Of a stretch of 64,000 bases of DNA, positions 50,677-59,741 are shown piece by piece. Below the pieces are notes generated by a model. That model saw nothing but the letters and a program-made list of their open reading frames with translations, was not told the DNA's origin and ran no database searches. Origin of the DNA: Nitrospinaceae bacterium (lineage in GTDB: Bacteria; Nitrospinota; Nitrospinia; Nitrospinales; VA-1); assembly GCA_046754465.1 (NCBI GenBank), contig JBHHVU010000009.1, positions 1 through 64,000 on the forward strand, given 5' to 3'. The position numbers and the translations under genes were made by a program. Position 1 is the stretch's first letter. The number at the start of each line of letters is the position of its first letter.

Positions 50677-51975
50677 TCATTCAAACCGATTCAACCACAA
50701 TCGTCCGGTCCGGTCTTTCATGTGTATGCCGAAAATATCGAGATACCCGTCGTCATTGATATCCCCGAAGGTCATTTCCTTGAAAGACCGGGAAGGGGGA
50801 AGCCGTTTGACGGTTTCCTCGGAAAAGGTCCACTTCCCCCTCCCCTGCAAATAGTAGACTCCCCTTTGACTCAGAATCAGGATATCGGGAAGTCCGTTGG
50901 CGTTGGCGTCCAGCAAATAAACGCGGGATACGGGATGGTGCGGAAGCATTTTGTGCGAACGTTTTTTAAACCGGCCGCCGCCCACATTTTCCAGGAAATA
51001 AGAGGTCTCCCCGGGGTAGGCCCGGTATTTTTCCCCGAGCGCCCGGTTGACAACCAACAGGTCGTTGTCGCCGTCCCCGTCAAAATCCGCCCAATCCGCG
51101 TGGGCGCTTGAATCCTTTATCCGGGGGAGCATCCTTTGCGTCTGGTCGCTGAATTTACCCAACCCATTGTTGATCAGCAGCCGGTTCTGCCCGTTTCCGT
51201 AAACGAGGAAAACATCGCGGATTCCATCCCCATCATAATCGGCCAAGGAGGTTCCCACGATTCCCGGCGGTAACCTTGGCAACAGGAGCCTCGTCAGGTC
51301 CTGAAATTCACCCGCCGCATCATTGATCAGAATCCTGGCCTGGTATTTATCGGAACGGTGTTCGGAACTGAGAACGCGGGACCCGGTAAAGAACATATCG
51401 AGATCCCGGTCGTTGTCGATATCAGCCAGGTCCACCCGGTCCATTCCAGGATGAACCGCGGGAAACACCTGATCGGCCGATTTATAATAATACCCTTTCT
51501 TATTGTTGAGCAACAATAGGGCGGATGTTCCCGCGGCAATGTCTCCGACGATAATGAGGTCGTCCGCCCGGTCCCCGTTGATATCGCCCACGGCGAAGGA
51601 GCGGATGCTCTGGCCCGCGTTATCGGCCCATTTTCCGTCCTTTCTAAAAGCAAATTTCCCTTTCCCCTGATTCACCAGCAGAAGGATTCTCGAACGTCCC
51701 TTCCTGTTCAACACATGCAGGACCAGATCCCTTGCAGGAGCCTGATCGACCCAGGCAAAGGCCGCGCCCTGAATGAATCCGGGCAGGGAGGGCAGAAATT
51801 TGTTGGTGACATCCAGATAGTGCTGGAGCTGAGGATTCTTTGCCATCAACCGCTTCTGACTGCAACCCAGGGGCACGCAGAAAAGCACCAGCGTCAACCA
51901 CAACACCGCAAGGGGAAGGATGGGACGCGCCGCCGGGAAAGGTCGAACAATCGCGGCCGCGCCATGTTCTTTCAT
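50677..51975 (-). CDS. FG-GAP/VCBS repeat beta-propeller lipoprotein
   Basis: Lipobox PLGC; repeats GDINGDRADDL, ADIDNDRDLDM, ADYDGDGIRDV, ADFDGDGDNDL, DANANGLPDI, GDINDDGYLDI. Start uncertain. Confidence 0.85.
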   Translation of the reverse strand: MKEHGAAAIVRPFPAARPILPLAVLWLTLVLFCVPLGCSQKRLMAKNPQLQHYLDVTNKFLPSLPGFIQGAAFAWVDQAPARDLVLHVLNRKGRSRILLLVNQGKGKFAFRKDGKWADNAGQSIRSFAVGDINGDRADDLIIVGDIAAGTSALLLLNNKKGYYYKSADQVFPAVHPGMDRVDLADIDNDRDLDMFFTGSRVLSSEHRSDKYQARILINDAAGEFQDLTRLLLPRLPPGIVGTSLADYDGDGIRDVFLVYGNGQNRLLINNGLGKFSDQTQRMLPRIKDSSAHADWADFDGDGDNDLLVVNRALGEKYRAYPGETSYFLENVGGGRFKKRSHKMLPHHPVSRVYLLDANANGLPDILILSQRGVYYLQGRGKWTFSEETVKRLPPSRSFKEMTFGDINDDGYLDIFGIHMKDRTGRLWLNRFE

Positions 51976-52195
51976 GACAGGAGATCCAATGGAAAAATAG
52001 TTTGAAGGATGAGAACGGAATCTTTTTCCGCACAAGGTCATTTCTTCTCAACATATTTCATCTTTCAGGTTTTATCAACCCGGAAGACTAGCGCCCGATA
52101 TCATTTTTGGGACTCATGACGGATTCATACCTTCCCCGCCGGGATCCCCATTTTTTGACGGAGTCCGGGTTTCCACCGCCCCCCGGGCCGTTGGG

Positions 52196-53017
52196 TCACG
52201 GTGGCCACCCTTTTGAAGAATTTCCCTGTTTAAGATACTGGTCGCGTAATTTGGACTCATAAGATGTGAGGGATCCGGTTTCCCAGTTCGCGGGAAAAGC
52301 TTCCTGGAACCCAATGCGAAACGCCCGGGCCGCCTCTTCGAATCCGGCTTCCTCCCCGCAAAGTTCGTGCAGGGTGGTGACCCGGCGTTTCAGGACTTCG
52401 AGACTTTTTCCGCGATGGGGGTCTCCCTGAAACAAAAACAGGGAGTTCATCCGCTCACGGTCACAGTCGATCAACAGGGAGCCGTGTTGAAGGAAAGAGC
52501 GGCGGTTGCGGCGTTGCGCGCTGCCGACCAGTTTTTTATGGTCCACGGCAATTTCATAATGGTTCAATGATGAAAAGCACGCAGGCGACCGGATCGGCTG
52601 GGAGGAAGGAGACGCATGGCGGCCTCCGGCCATCACCGCGTTCCAAATTCCCAACTGCTTCAGGGACGCCAGAATTGCTTCTGAAACCACCCGGCAGGAC
52701 TCACGAAGGCCGGAAGGAAACCTTGGATGCGGAATGGGGGCAACCAGGCTGTAGGTGAGTTCCCGGTCGTGCAGGAGAGCCCGTCCCCCCGTGGGCCGGC
52801 AAATCACCGGAATACCCAGAAGGCGGCAGCGGTCCTGGTCCACGTCCCGGAACGGATTCTGGGAATACCCCACCGTCAGGGTGGGCCGTTCCCATCCGTA
52901 CAAACGCAGGGTGGGCGGCGCCTTGCCTTCCCCACAAGCAGCGAGGATGGCCCGGTCGGTGGCCATGTTCCAATGCCCCTCGCGGCGTCCCTCTTCAATC
53001 AACCGCCATGTTTCCAT
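52196..53017 (-). CDS. Lipoate-protein ligase / octanoyltransferase (LipM-like) family protein
   Basis: NMATDRA, PTLRLYGW, RPTGGRALLH..ELTYS, ACF, KKLVGSAQRR, LQHGSL. Confidence 0.88.
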   Translation of the reverse strand: METWRLIEEGRREGHWNMATDRAILAACGEGKAPPTLRLYGWERPTLTVGYSQNPFRDVDQDRCRLLGIPVICRPTGGRALLHDRELTYSLVAPIPHPRFPSGLRESCRVVSEAILASLKQLGIWNAVMAGGRHASPSSQPIRSPACFSSLNHYEIAVDHKKLVGSAQRRNRRSFLQHGSLLIDCDRERMNSLFLFQGDPHRGKSLEVLKRRVTTLHELCGEEAGFEEAARAFRIGFQEAFPANWETGSLTSYESKLRDQYLKQGNSSKGWPP

Positions 53018-53176
53018 CCTGGTCCTGACTGGAGCAAACCGCTGGAGGGTCCGGGAAACCGGGCGGATTTTATTTTGACTCCTCCAGGGTCATCCTTTAA
53101 TATCAACGAATGCACGTCCTCAGACCGCATTCAATCCCGGCCAGAACGAATTTGTTCCTCTTTTCCCGGACGAACC

Positions 53177-54259
53177 ATGAAAGTTTTCTTTTCACCCGCG
53201 CTGAAAGCCGCCGCGTTTGCGGTGGGGATTCTGTTTTGGGCCGCGGCGCCATGCGGGTCGGCGGAGGCTTTTGAAAAATTCCTCCCCGAATCCCCTATCT
53301 TAAAATGCCAGACTGCCTGCCACAAGGCTGAAAATATCGCTCATGCCCATCGGGATAAATCGGTGGCCGCGGAATGCAGGGATTGTCATGCCGCGCCTTC
53401 CGCTGCCAGCGCCCGGTCCCCGTTTCGCCCTCCAGGAAAAATGCGTTTGATCAACGCAGGCAGTTCTCCGCAATTCCTCGAGTCGATTTACAAGGGTTTC
53501 ATCTCGGCGCCTCCCCCGGGAAACCGAAAATCCAAAAATCCGTCTCCGGCCAAAAAGAAAAAATCCAAGGGTCCACAAAAATACCCCAAAATGGTTCTGG
53601 TCCCGGCGGGTGAGTTTATCATGGGTTCCAACGAACGATGGGATGACGAGGCGCCGGAGTTCATCGCCTCCACTGGCGCATTTTATATCGATTTATACGA
53701 GGTCACGAACGAGGATTATAAAAAGTTCGTGGACGCGGCGAAGCGGACCCCTCCCTACCATTGGCCCGGCGGAAAGATCCCCCGGGGCAAGGAAAAACAT
53801 CCCGTGGTTTACGTGAACTGGTTCGACGCGAGAGACTACTGCCAATGGGCCGGGAAACGTTTACCCACTGAAGAGGAATGGGAAAAAGCCGCCCGCGGGG
53901 AGGACGGAAACATTTATCCATGGGGAAATGTTTGGACTTTGGATAAATCCAACAATCCTTACAAACATTCCACGGGAACGGAACCGGTCGGATCGTATCC
54001 GGAAGGAAGAAGCCCCTACGGATTGTATGATATGTCGGGCAATGTCTGGGAATGGGTCGACAGCTTCTATCTTCCGCACCCGGGAAACATCGTTCAGCGG
54101 GCGGAATACGGGAGGGACAAACGGGTTTTAAAAGGGGGCTCCTGGTTTGACTGTCTCTCGTACGGATGCGGATTGAGCGCACCAACTTTCAATCGATCCT
54201 TTTTCACCCCGGAAGTGCGCAACAACAGTTTCGGGTTCCGGTGCGCTAAATCCCCCTGA
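53177..54259 (+). CDS. Exported FGE-sulfatase (SUMF1-like) domain protein with N-terminal heme-c motifs
   Basis: Signal peptide ..SAEA; CQTACH and CRDCH; MVLVPAGEFIMGS, YEVTN, HPVVYVNWFDA, RLPTEEEWEKAARG, GLYDMSGNVWEW, KGGSW, FGFRC. Confidence 0.88.
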   Translation: MKVFFSPALKAAAFAVGILFWAAAPCGSAEAFEKFLPESPILKCQTACHKAENIAHAHRDKSVAAECRDCHAAPSAASARSPFRPPGKMRLINAGSSPQFLESIYKGFISAPPPGNRKSKNPSPAKKKKSKGPQKYPKMVLVPAGEFIMGSNERWDDEAPEFIASTGAFYIDLYEVTNEDYKKFVDAAKRTPPYHWPGGKIPRGKEKHPVVYVNWFDARDYCQWAGKRLPTEEEWEKAARGEDGNIYPWGNVWTLDKSNNPYKHSTGTEPVGSYPEGRSPYGLYDMSGNVWEWVDSFYLPHPGNIVQRAEYGRDKRVLKGGSWFDCLSYGCGLSAPTFNRSFFTPEVRNNSFGFRCAKSP

Positions 54260-54381
54260 CTCCCAGGCCGAGAGGATCCCAAGGGGGAATGCGGGGAGAG
54301 GACAGAAACCCCAAAAATGTTTCCTGCCGCCCAGCGTGCGCTGGGGTCATCCGGGCAGGACAAGGATAAAATACTTGTGGG

Positions 54382-54585
54382 GTGGTGAGGGTGCCGAATC
54401 AGGCCTCGGGAAATTCAAACGAACCAAGGGTCAGCCGGATACGGAAACTCCTTATCTGGATTTTCATCTTAGGGTTTTGGTTATTTTTCTACTGGTACCG
54501 GGTACCCGACACCCCTCCTCCCACCACCACCCCGCTTCCCATGGAAAACCCAGATCGGGATTCGCCCGCATCTCCCGAAAAATAA
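54382..54585 (+). CDS. Possible small single-pass membrane protein
   Basis: RIRK followed by LLIWIFILGFWLFFYWY and a Pro/Thr-rich tail. Confidence 0.35.
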   Translation: MVRVPNQASGNSNEPRVSRIRKLLIWIFILGFWLFFYWYRVPDTPPPTTTPLPMENPDRDSPASPEK

Positions 54586-54632
54586 TGCCGCGTTCATCCC
54601 TGGAAAAAAGCGGGAATGACCCGGCCGCGGGA

Positions 54633-55415
54633 TCACCAGTGCTGATACCGGTGCCGGTTGACATTTTCGTTTCCCCGCAGCAAATCCAGGGCTTCCCCGC
54701 CAGGCCGCAGCATCAATTGGGTCTTTCCGTTTTCAGAAAAGCGCAAAAGCGTTTCGGGAATCTTTTTAACTGGGACGTTTTTTTTCGTTGGCAGGATTTT
54801 TTGCGGTTCCGGTTCGCGGGAAGAGTTTCGTCCCCACGCGCTTTTCAAAGGATGAAAAATTAATTCCCTTGAACTTCTTACCTGGCTCAATCCCCTGTCG
54901 AGATGGCCGGGAGAGGGAATCACCTTTTTATGGGGATAGGGTTTTCTAAAATGCCGGGTAAAGTCAAAATAAAGTTTATTCCGGCCATGGGACTCAAATC
55001 CCCGAATTTCAAATCCCCGTCCGGCGAACACAAGAGGTTTGTCCCTCACGGTAACGGTTTTGAGTGCGGCCGAGTGGGACTTTCGGGGAGGCCGGCCCAT
55101 GTTCTCCTTTACATTCCGGTTCCAGATTTTCGTCGCTTTCCCCCCGCCCTCCGGGTCATTTTTTGGGCGGGCCATCCCTGAACCGGAAAACTCTTGCGAA
55201 TGAGACCGGACGGAAATTTTAAACAGTTCCTCCGCTTCTGGAACCGGCGGCGGAATTTCAAGCCGGAAATCGACGGGAAAAACCGGTCCGTCCACCTTCT
55301 CCACATTCCCGGCCTTCCCCTCCAGGGGAGGGATGGCCATTAAAAAAAACAAAATCCAGACGCCCATTCCTTTTGGGAACAGGGGCTCCTTCTTTGATAA
55401 AATAGGATTCAGCAA
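54633..55415 (-). CDS. Hypothetical protein, possibly exported
   Basis: Longest ORF in otherwise empty space; signal-like 'GVWILFFLMAIPPLEG'; basic, low-structure composition; no recognisable domain. Confidence 0.35.
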   Translation of the reverse strand: MLNPILSKKEPLFPKGMGVWILFFLMAIPPLEGKAGNVEKVDGPVFPVDFRLEIPPPVPEAEELFKISVRSHSQEFSGSGMARPKNDPEGGGKATKIWNRNVKENMGRPPRKSHSAALKTVTVRDKPLVFAGRGFEIRGFESHGRNKLYFDFTRHFRKPYPHKKVIPSPGHLDRGLSQVRSSRELIFHPLKSAWGRNSSREPEPQKILPTKKNVPVKKIPETLLRFSENGKTQLMLRPGGEALDLLRGNENVNRHRYQHW

Positions 55416-55577
55416 AATTTTCCTCGTTCAGGGATTGAAAAAGAAAGATTCCCGGTTTTTGCTCTGGCTCGGAAGAGATCATCCGGCGCGCGGTCCGCAA
55501 CCGCCAGTTTTTTCGCCACCGCCTGTTTTTTGACGCACCCCGAAAACAACAAATCCTTAAGTTCCAATATGTTAGCA

Positions 55578-55594
55578 TTGGCACGAGGATTGCT
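55578..55594 (+). promoter_or_regulatory. Sigma-54 (RpoN) -24/-12 promoter
   Basis: tTGGCACGaggaTTGCT matches TGGCACG-N4-TTGCW exactly; about 100 nt upstream of ORF 55693. Confidence 0.8.
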
Positions 55595-55692
55595 CAACAG
55601 TTTTCTATTCCATTCAGGGTGTCATTGAGGGTATTATTTATGAACCGCAACCCCTAGTCAGATATAACCCGGGTGTTATCGGGAGGTTTCAG

Positions 55693-55986
55693 GTGGAAAA
55701 ACATTTCAGGTCGTTTCTCGATCCGAAAATGCTCCGCTTCCTGGAAAGGAAAATGCGGGCCGGAGAGATTTCTCCGGAGGAATGTAAAGAGGTACTGAAA
55801 GAAATGATGCTCCGTGCCCACCGCGTGCAACAGGCCGAGCTTGCGAGCAACAAGTGGAAGACCTGGGCGGATGGATTTCGGTCCAAATTAATCGCCGGTT
55901 TCGGCAAATTTCTGACCAAGCCTCCCTCGGAACCCAGCCTGGGAATGGAAGAACTATCCGGCACCATCCGTTCCCGGCGGTTATAA
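55693..55986 (+). CDS. Hypothetical protein (97 aa)
   Basis: GGGAGG RBS 6 nt before GTG; downstream of the sigma-54 promoter; amphipathic helical sequence. Confidence 0.6.
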   Translation: MEKHFRSFLDPKMLRFLERKMRAGEISPEECKEVLKEMMLRAHRVQQAELASNKWKTWADGFRSKLIAGFGKFLTKPPSEPSLGMEELSGTIRSRRL

Positions 55987-56013
55987 AAAAATCGAACGGC
56001 CCAGTAAGCAATT

Positions 56014-56943
56014 TCACGGGTTGGGCGATCCCCCAATTTCCCATTCATTGAGGATGCTGGTATCGCGCGGTCCTTCCGCCTCCCAGTCCATTTTTACCAC
56101 AATGCCTTTTTTCACGGGAGTGCCTTCCAGGCATTGAAGGCGATACAAATTCCCAGGCCTGCCCTTGGCGCATTTCATGAATTCCTGAAACAGGTTCTCC
56201 TCCTCCAGGCAAATATAATTATATTCACGGGAAGTGCTGATATATTTGGGGCTCTTTTTTTTGAGTTTTCCCAAATTCCAAGTTAAAAAATCAAACTGTT
56301 TTTTCAGGTTCGCGGGAACCCTGTTCTCTCCCTGCCGGAAAATGTACGCGTCCTTCCATTTTATTAAATACCGGCATTTGAAAACACACCGCGATTGACT
56401 GAAGTAATCCATCAGGCTTTTTTTTATTTCCGGCGGACCCTCCTTCAGGTCCTGAACCGTCTTCAGCAGGCGGTCGTCGCACGAACAATTCCGGTCCCAC
56501 CGCTCTCGGTAGCAAAGCTGGTGGGCTTGGCAGGCCTTGTCCAAATCATCTACGGGCCGGGAACGTCCCCCCGTGGATGGGGGAATTTTGCCGCACCAGT
56601 TACCGTGCGTGGTCCATTTCATGAGAGGATTATTTTTTCCGGCGGGCGCCAGACTGTCCCGGTTCATTTCAAGAAATGAACCCTGGAATAAAGTCGTGTC
56701 AGGCAAATTCTTAAATTGTTCCAACACCTTTTCCCTGGAGAAATTTCCGTGCTTCTGATCTTCATCTGTAAAATCCAGGGGCAGAATTTCCAATTCCACG
56801 TTTTTTTCGGGCTTCAATGACGTCGGTTCAGTTCCCCATCTCTCGGAAGAACTTCCTGGAATAAAAGGAAACGCACAACTGGATATCGCCGTCATCCAAA
56901 CTAAAAGGAAAAAGCTTCGACACGCTTCATACGACATAACCAT
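56014..56943 (-). CDS. Lipoprotein with secretory phospholipase A2-like domain
   Basis: Lipobox ISSC; HGNWCG (Ca loop), PVDDLDKACQAHQLCY, CSCDDRLL; RBS GGAGG upstream. Confidence 0.75.
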   Translation of the reverse strand: MVMSYEACRSFFLLVWMTAISSCAFPFIPGSSSERWGTEPTSLKPEKNVELEILPLDFTDEDQKHGNFSREKVLEQFKNLPDTTLFQGSFLEMNRDSLAPAGKNNPLMKWTTHGNWCGKIPPSTGGRSRPVDDLDKACQAHQLCYRERWDRNCSCDDRLLKTVQDLKEGPPEIKKSLMDYFSQSRCVFKCRYLIKWKDAYIFRQGENRVPANLKKQFDFLTWNLGKLKKKSPKYISTSREYNYICLEEENLFQEFMKCAKGRPGNLYRLQCLEGTPVKKGIVVKMDWEAEGPRDTSILNEWEIGGSPNP

Positions 56944-57158
56944 CCTCCCGCCGCGGACATTACAGAATGGAGTATCCCATGTTTAGATGGAGCGGATTAT
57001 ATCAAACAATTCGGTGAAATTGGCATTCCGAAATCCAGGAGAGCAAATTATTCGAATGAGGATAAAACGGGTCCACGGAGGCGGGTTGATGAGCAAGAGT
57101 CATTCGCGGATACCTGCCCAGTACCTCCTTACAAAAAACCAGGCCCCGGATTTCGGGT

Positions 57159-57185
57159 TAATCTAAAGCCGATTCTTGCCGATAT
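57159..57185 (+). promoter_or_regulatory. Possible sigma-28 (FliA)-type promoter
   Basis: TAAT-N15-GCCGATAT versus consensus TAAA-N15-GCCGATAA; 200 nt upstream of the histidine kinase. Confidence 0.3.
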
Positions 57186-57384
57186 TTACAAAGATGTTTC
57201 AGCCAATGAAAACATTCCTTGAAAAACTCCATTTGATCCTTTTAAAAAAGGATTGTTATTCCAGAAACACCCTTGCCGAAACTCGTATCCCATTAACATG
57301 GAGAGGCTTTAAACATTAAATGACTCGCTGGCTCAAATTGACCGGAATTATTTTTTCGCTGGAGGTCATGCCCTGGACCATGCC

Positions 57385-59430
57385 TTGAATTTAATCACCG
57401 TGGGGGGAATCCTCTTCATTGCCTTGATATTGCAAGGGCTGTTGACGCAAAAGCGTTGGATCATCCTGACGGCCACCGCAACGGGGACGCTTCTCACCTT
57501 GTTGAGTCTCCTTGGGTTCCCCGCGAGCGCCAGGGTCTGGCCGGACCTTCTCAACCATGCGCTGATCCTGATCGGAATCGGGTTGACCACCGTCCTTTGC
57601 CTGATTCACCAGAAAAGAGAGAAAAAACTGCGCATCTCTCACAACCTACTGGCCGCCATCCGGCTGGCGCAATCCAGGTTCATCCCCGATCCCAACCCAA
57701 GACTGTTGTTCGAAGAGCTTCAGGGAAAAATCCTGTCCCTGACTCAAAGCGAATTCGGCTTTATCGGGGAAATTTTTTACACGGAAGCCGGGAAACCCTA
57801 CGTCAAAACCCACGCCATCACCAACATCGCCTGGAACGAGGAGACGCAAAAATTTTACGAAAAATATATTGAAATCGGCATGGAGTTTCACAACATGGAC
57901 ACCCTGTTCGGTGTGGTGATCACTACCGGAAACCCGGTGGTGTCCAACAGCCCATCCACCGATGCCCGGAGCGGAGGCCTGCCCGAAGGACACCCTCCCC
58001 TCAAATCCTTCCTGGGACTGCCTTTTTATTTTGGTACCCGGCTGATCGGAATGGTTGGCATGGCCAACCGGCCCGGAGGCTACGATGGGGAATGGATCGC
58101 GTATCTGGAACCTTACCTGGCCACCTGTTCTCATCTCATCGTGGCATACCGGAATGAGCAACAACGTGCCTTGGTATTGAAGCAGCTTGAAGAGAGTAAG
58201 GAGCGCTATCGGATTATTTATAACCAGATACTTTCCATCGTCAAGGGAACTTCCACCGCCACCACCGGTAAAAAGTTTTTTAATTCCCTAGTGGTCCACC
58301 TCGCCTCGGCGTTGAATGTCAAGTTCGCCTTCCTGTCGGTAATAATAGAAGAGAACAAGGACCAAATGCGAACCATCGCCTTCTTCGCCGATGGAGAAAT
58401 CGTGGAGAATATCGAATACGAAATAAGGGGCACCCCCTGCGAACAGTTGGTCAACGGTCAAACCGCCGCCGTTTTCCCTGACCGGATTCAAGAACGGTTT
58501 CCCGAGGATCGGTCCCTGAAAGAATGGGAATTGGAAAGCTACATGGGGGTTCCGGTTTTCGACGGATCCGGAAACCTCGCCGGTCTCCTGGGAGTGATGA
58601 ACAATAAACCGATTCCCGATGTCACGAATATTCAGGCCATCCTTTCCATTTTTGCCGCCCGCGCGGAAGCGGAGTTGCAAAGAATGTGGGCAGAGGAGGG
58701 CCTCCATGTCAGCAGCATAAAACTGGAGCACAGCAACCGGGAACTGCAAAACTTCGCTTCGATCGCCTCCCACGACCTGCAGGAACCCTTGCGCAAAATC
58801 ATTATCTTTGGAGACCGCCTGGCGATAAGCATGACCAGCGATGTTTCCAAGGCCCGGGACTACCTGGAACGAATGCAAAAGTCCGCCGGGAGGATGCAGC
58901 AATTCATCCAAGACCTCCTGCAATTTTCCCGGGTAACCAGCCGGAAAAAAACGTTTGAACCCTCTAATCTCAATACCATTATCGACGAGGTGGTCGAGAA
59001 CCTGGAAACGAGAATCGCCCAAACCAGAGGAACCGTCAATGTTTCCCAACTGCCCACGGTGGAGGCGGATCCCTTTCAAATGCGCCAGCTGTTTCAAAAT
59101 CTGTTCTCTAATTCCCTCAAATATCACCGGGGGGGAGTCCCCCCTGTCGTCAATGTAAGCAGTTCCCCCAAGGAAAACGGGTCGTGGAAAATTACCGTGC
59201 AGGACAACGGAATCGGTTTCGATGAAAAATACACGGAACGGATCTTCAAACCCTTCGAACGTTTGCACGGCTCCACGGCCTATGAAGGCACCGGCATGGG
59301 GCTGGCGATTTGCAAAAAGATCGTGGACGGCCACAAAGGGGTGATCACTGTGAAGAGCCAGCCGCGGGCAGGAACCACGTTCACCATTTACCTGCCCGAA
59401 ACACAACCCGCAAAGCAAAGCATCGTCTGA
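57385..59430 (+). CDS. Membrane-anchored GAF-GAF sensor histidine kinase
   Basis: N-terminal TM segments; GAF 'GGLPEGHPPLKSFLGLP..GMANRPGGY'; second GAF 'GTPCE..SYMGVP'; HisKA SHDLQEPLRKI; HATPase QNLFSNSLKY, DNGIG, GTGMGLAICKKIV. Confidence 0.92.
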   Translation: MNLITVGGILFIALILQGLLTQKRWIILTATATGTLLTLLSLLGFPASARVWPDLLNHALILIGIGLTTVLCLIHQKREKKLRISHNLLAAIRLAQSRFIPDPNPRLLFEELQGKILSLTQSEFGFIGEIFYTEAGKPYVKTHAITNIAWNEETQKFYEKYIEIGMEFHNMDTLFGVVITTGNPVVSNSPSTDARSGGLPEGHPPLKSFLGLPFYFGTRLIGMVGMANRPGGYDGEWIAYLEPYLATCSHLIVAYRNEQQRALVLKQLEESKERYRIIYNQILSIVKGTSTATTGKKFFNSLVVHLASALNVKFAFLSVIIEENKDQMRTIAFFADGEIVENIEYEIRGTPCEQLVNGQTAAVFPDRIQERFPEDRSLKEWELESYMGVPVFDGSGNLAGLLGVMNNKPIPDVTNIQAILSIFAARAEAELQRMWAEEGLHVSSIKLEHSNRELQNFASIASHDLQEPLRKIIIFGDRLAISMTSDVSKARDYLERMQKSAGRMQQFIQDLLQFSRVTSRKKTFEPSNLNTIIDEVVENLETRIAQTRGTVNVSQLPTVEADPFQMRQLFQNLFSNSLKYHRGGVPPVVNVSSSPKENGSWKITVQDNGIGFDEKYTERIFKPFERLHGSTAYEGTGMGLAICKKIVDGHKGVITVKSQPRAGTTFTIYLPETQPAKQSIV

Positions 59431-59741
59431 ACGATACGATACCGGAAATGGAATCCGGTAAGGCCGCACCCGCCATTCGCAAAGAGGACTTTCTCAAGGG
59501 AAAAAACCGTGGGGCGGGACGCTGGAAAATATATTTGCTATTTCGCGGAACCCCTTATATAAAAAAGTACGCTCACCGGAATTCCGGCGGGGAACCCTCG
59601 GACACCCACCGCGCCGGGGACTGTTTCCAGGTTTTCCGAATGGGAAGGCATCCCCTTCAAAATACCGTTGTAAAAATGAAACATAAGGATCGAGGCCTTC
59701 GGGGAATGGGTTTGACAATATTTCCAAAGGCTTGATAGACT

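Noticed and set aside
52727..53176. 150-aa N-terminal extension of the FGE-domain ORF
   Set aside because: Overlaps the divergent lipoate-ligase gene; the signal peptide starts at ATG 53177.
59712..59741. TTGACA-N18-TAGACT promoter-like sequence before thpR
   Set aside because: The -10 hexamer ends 1 nt before the GTG start, so the transcript would begin inside the ORF; not supportable as the thpR promoter without TSS data.
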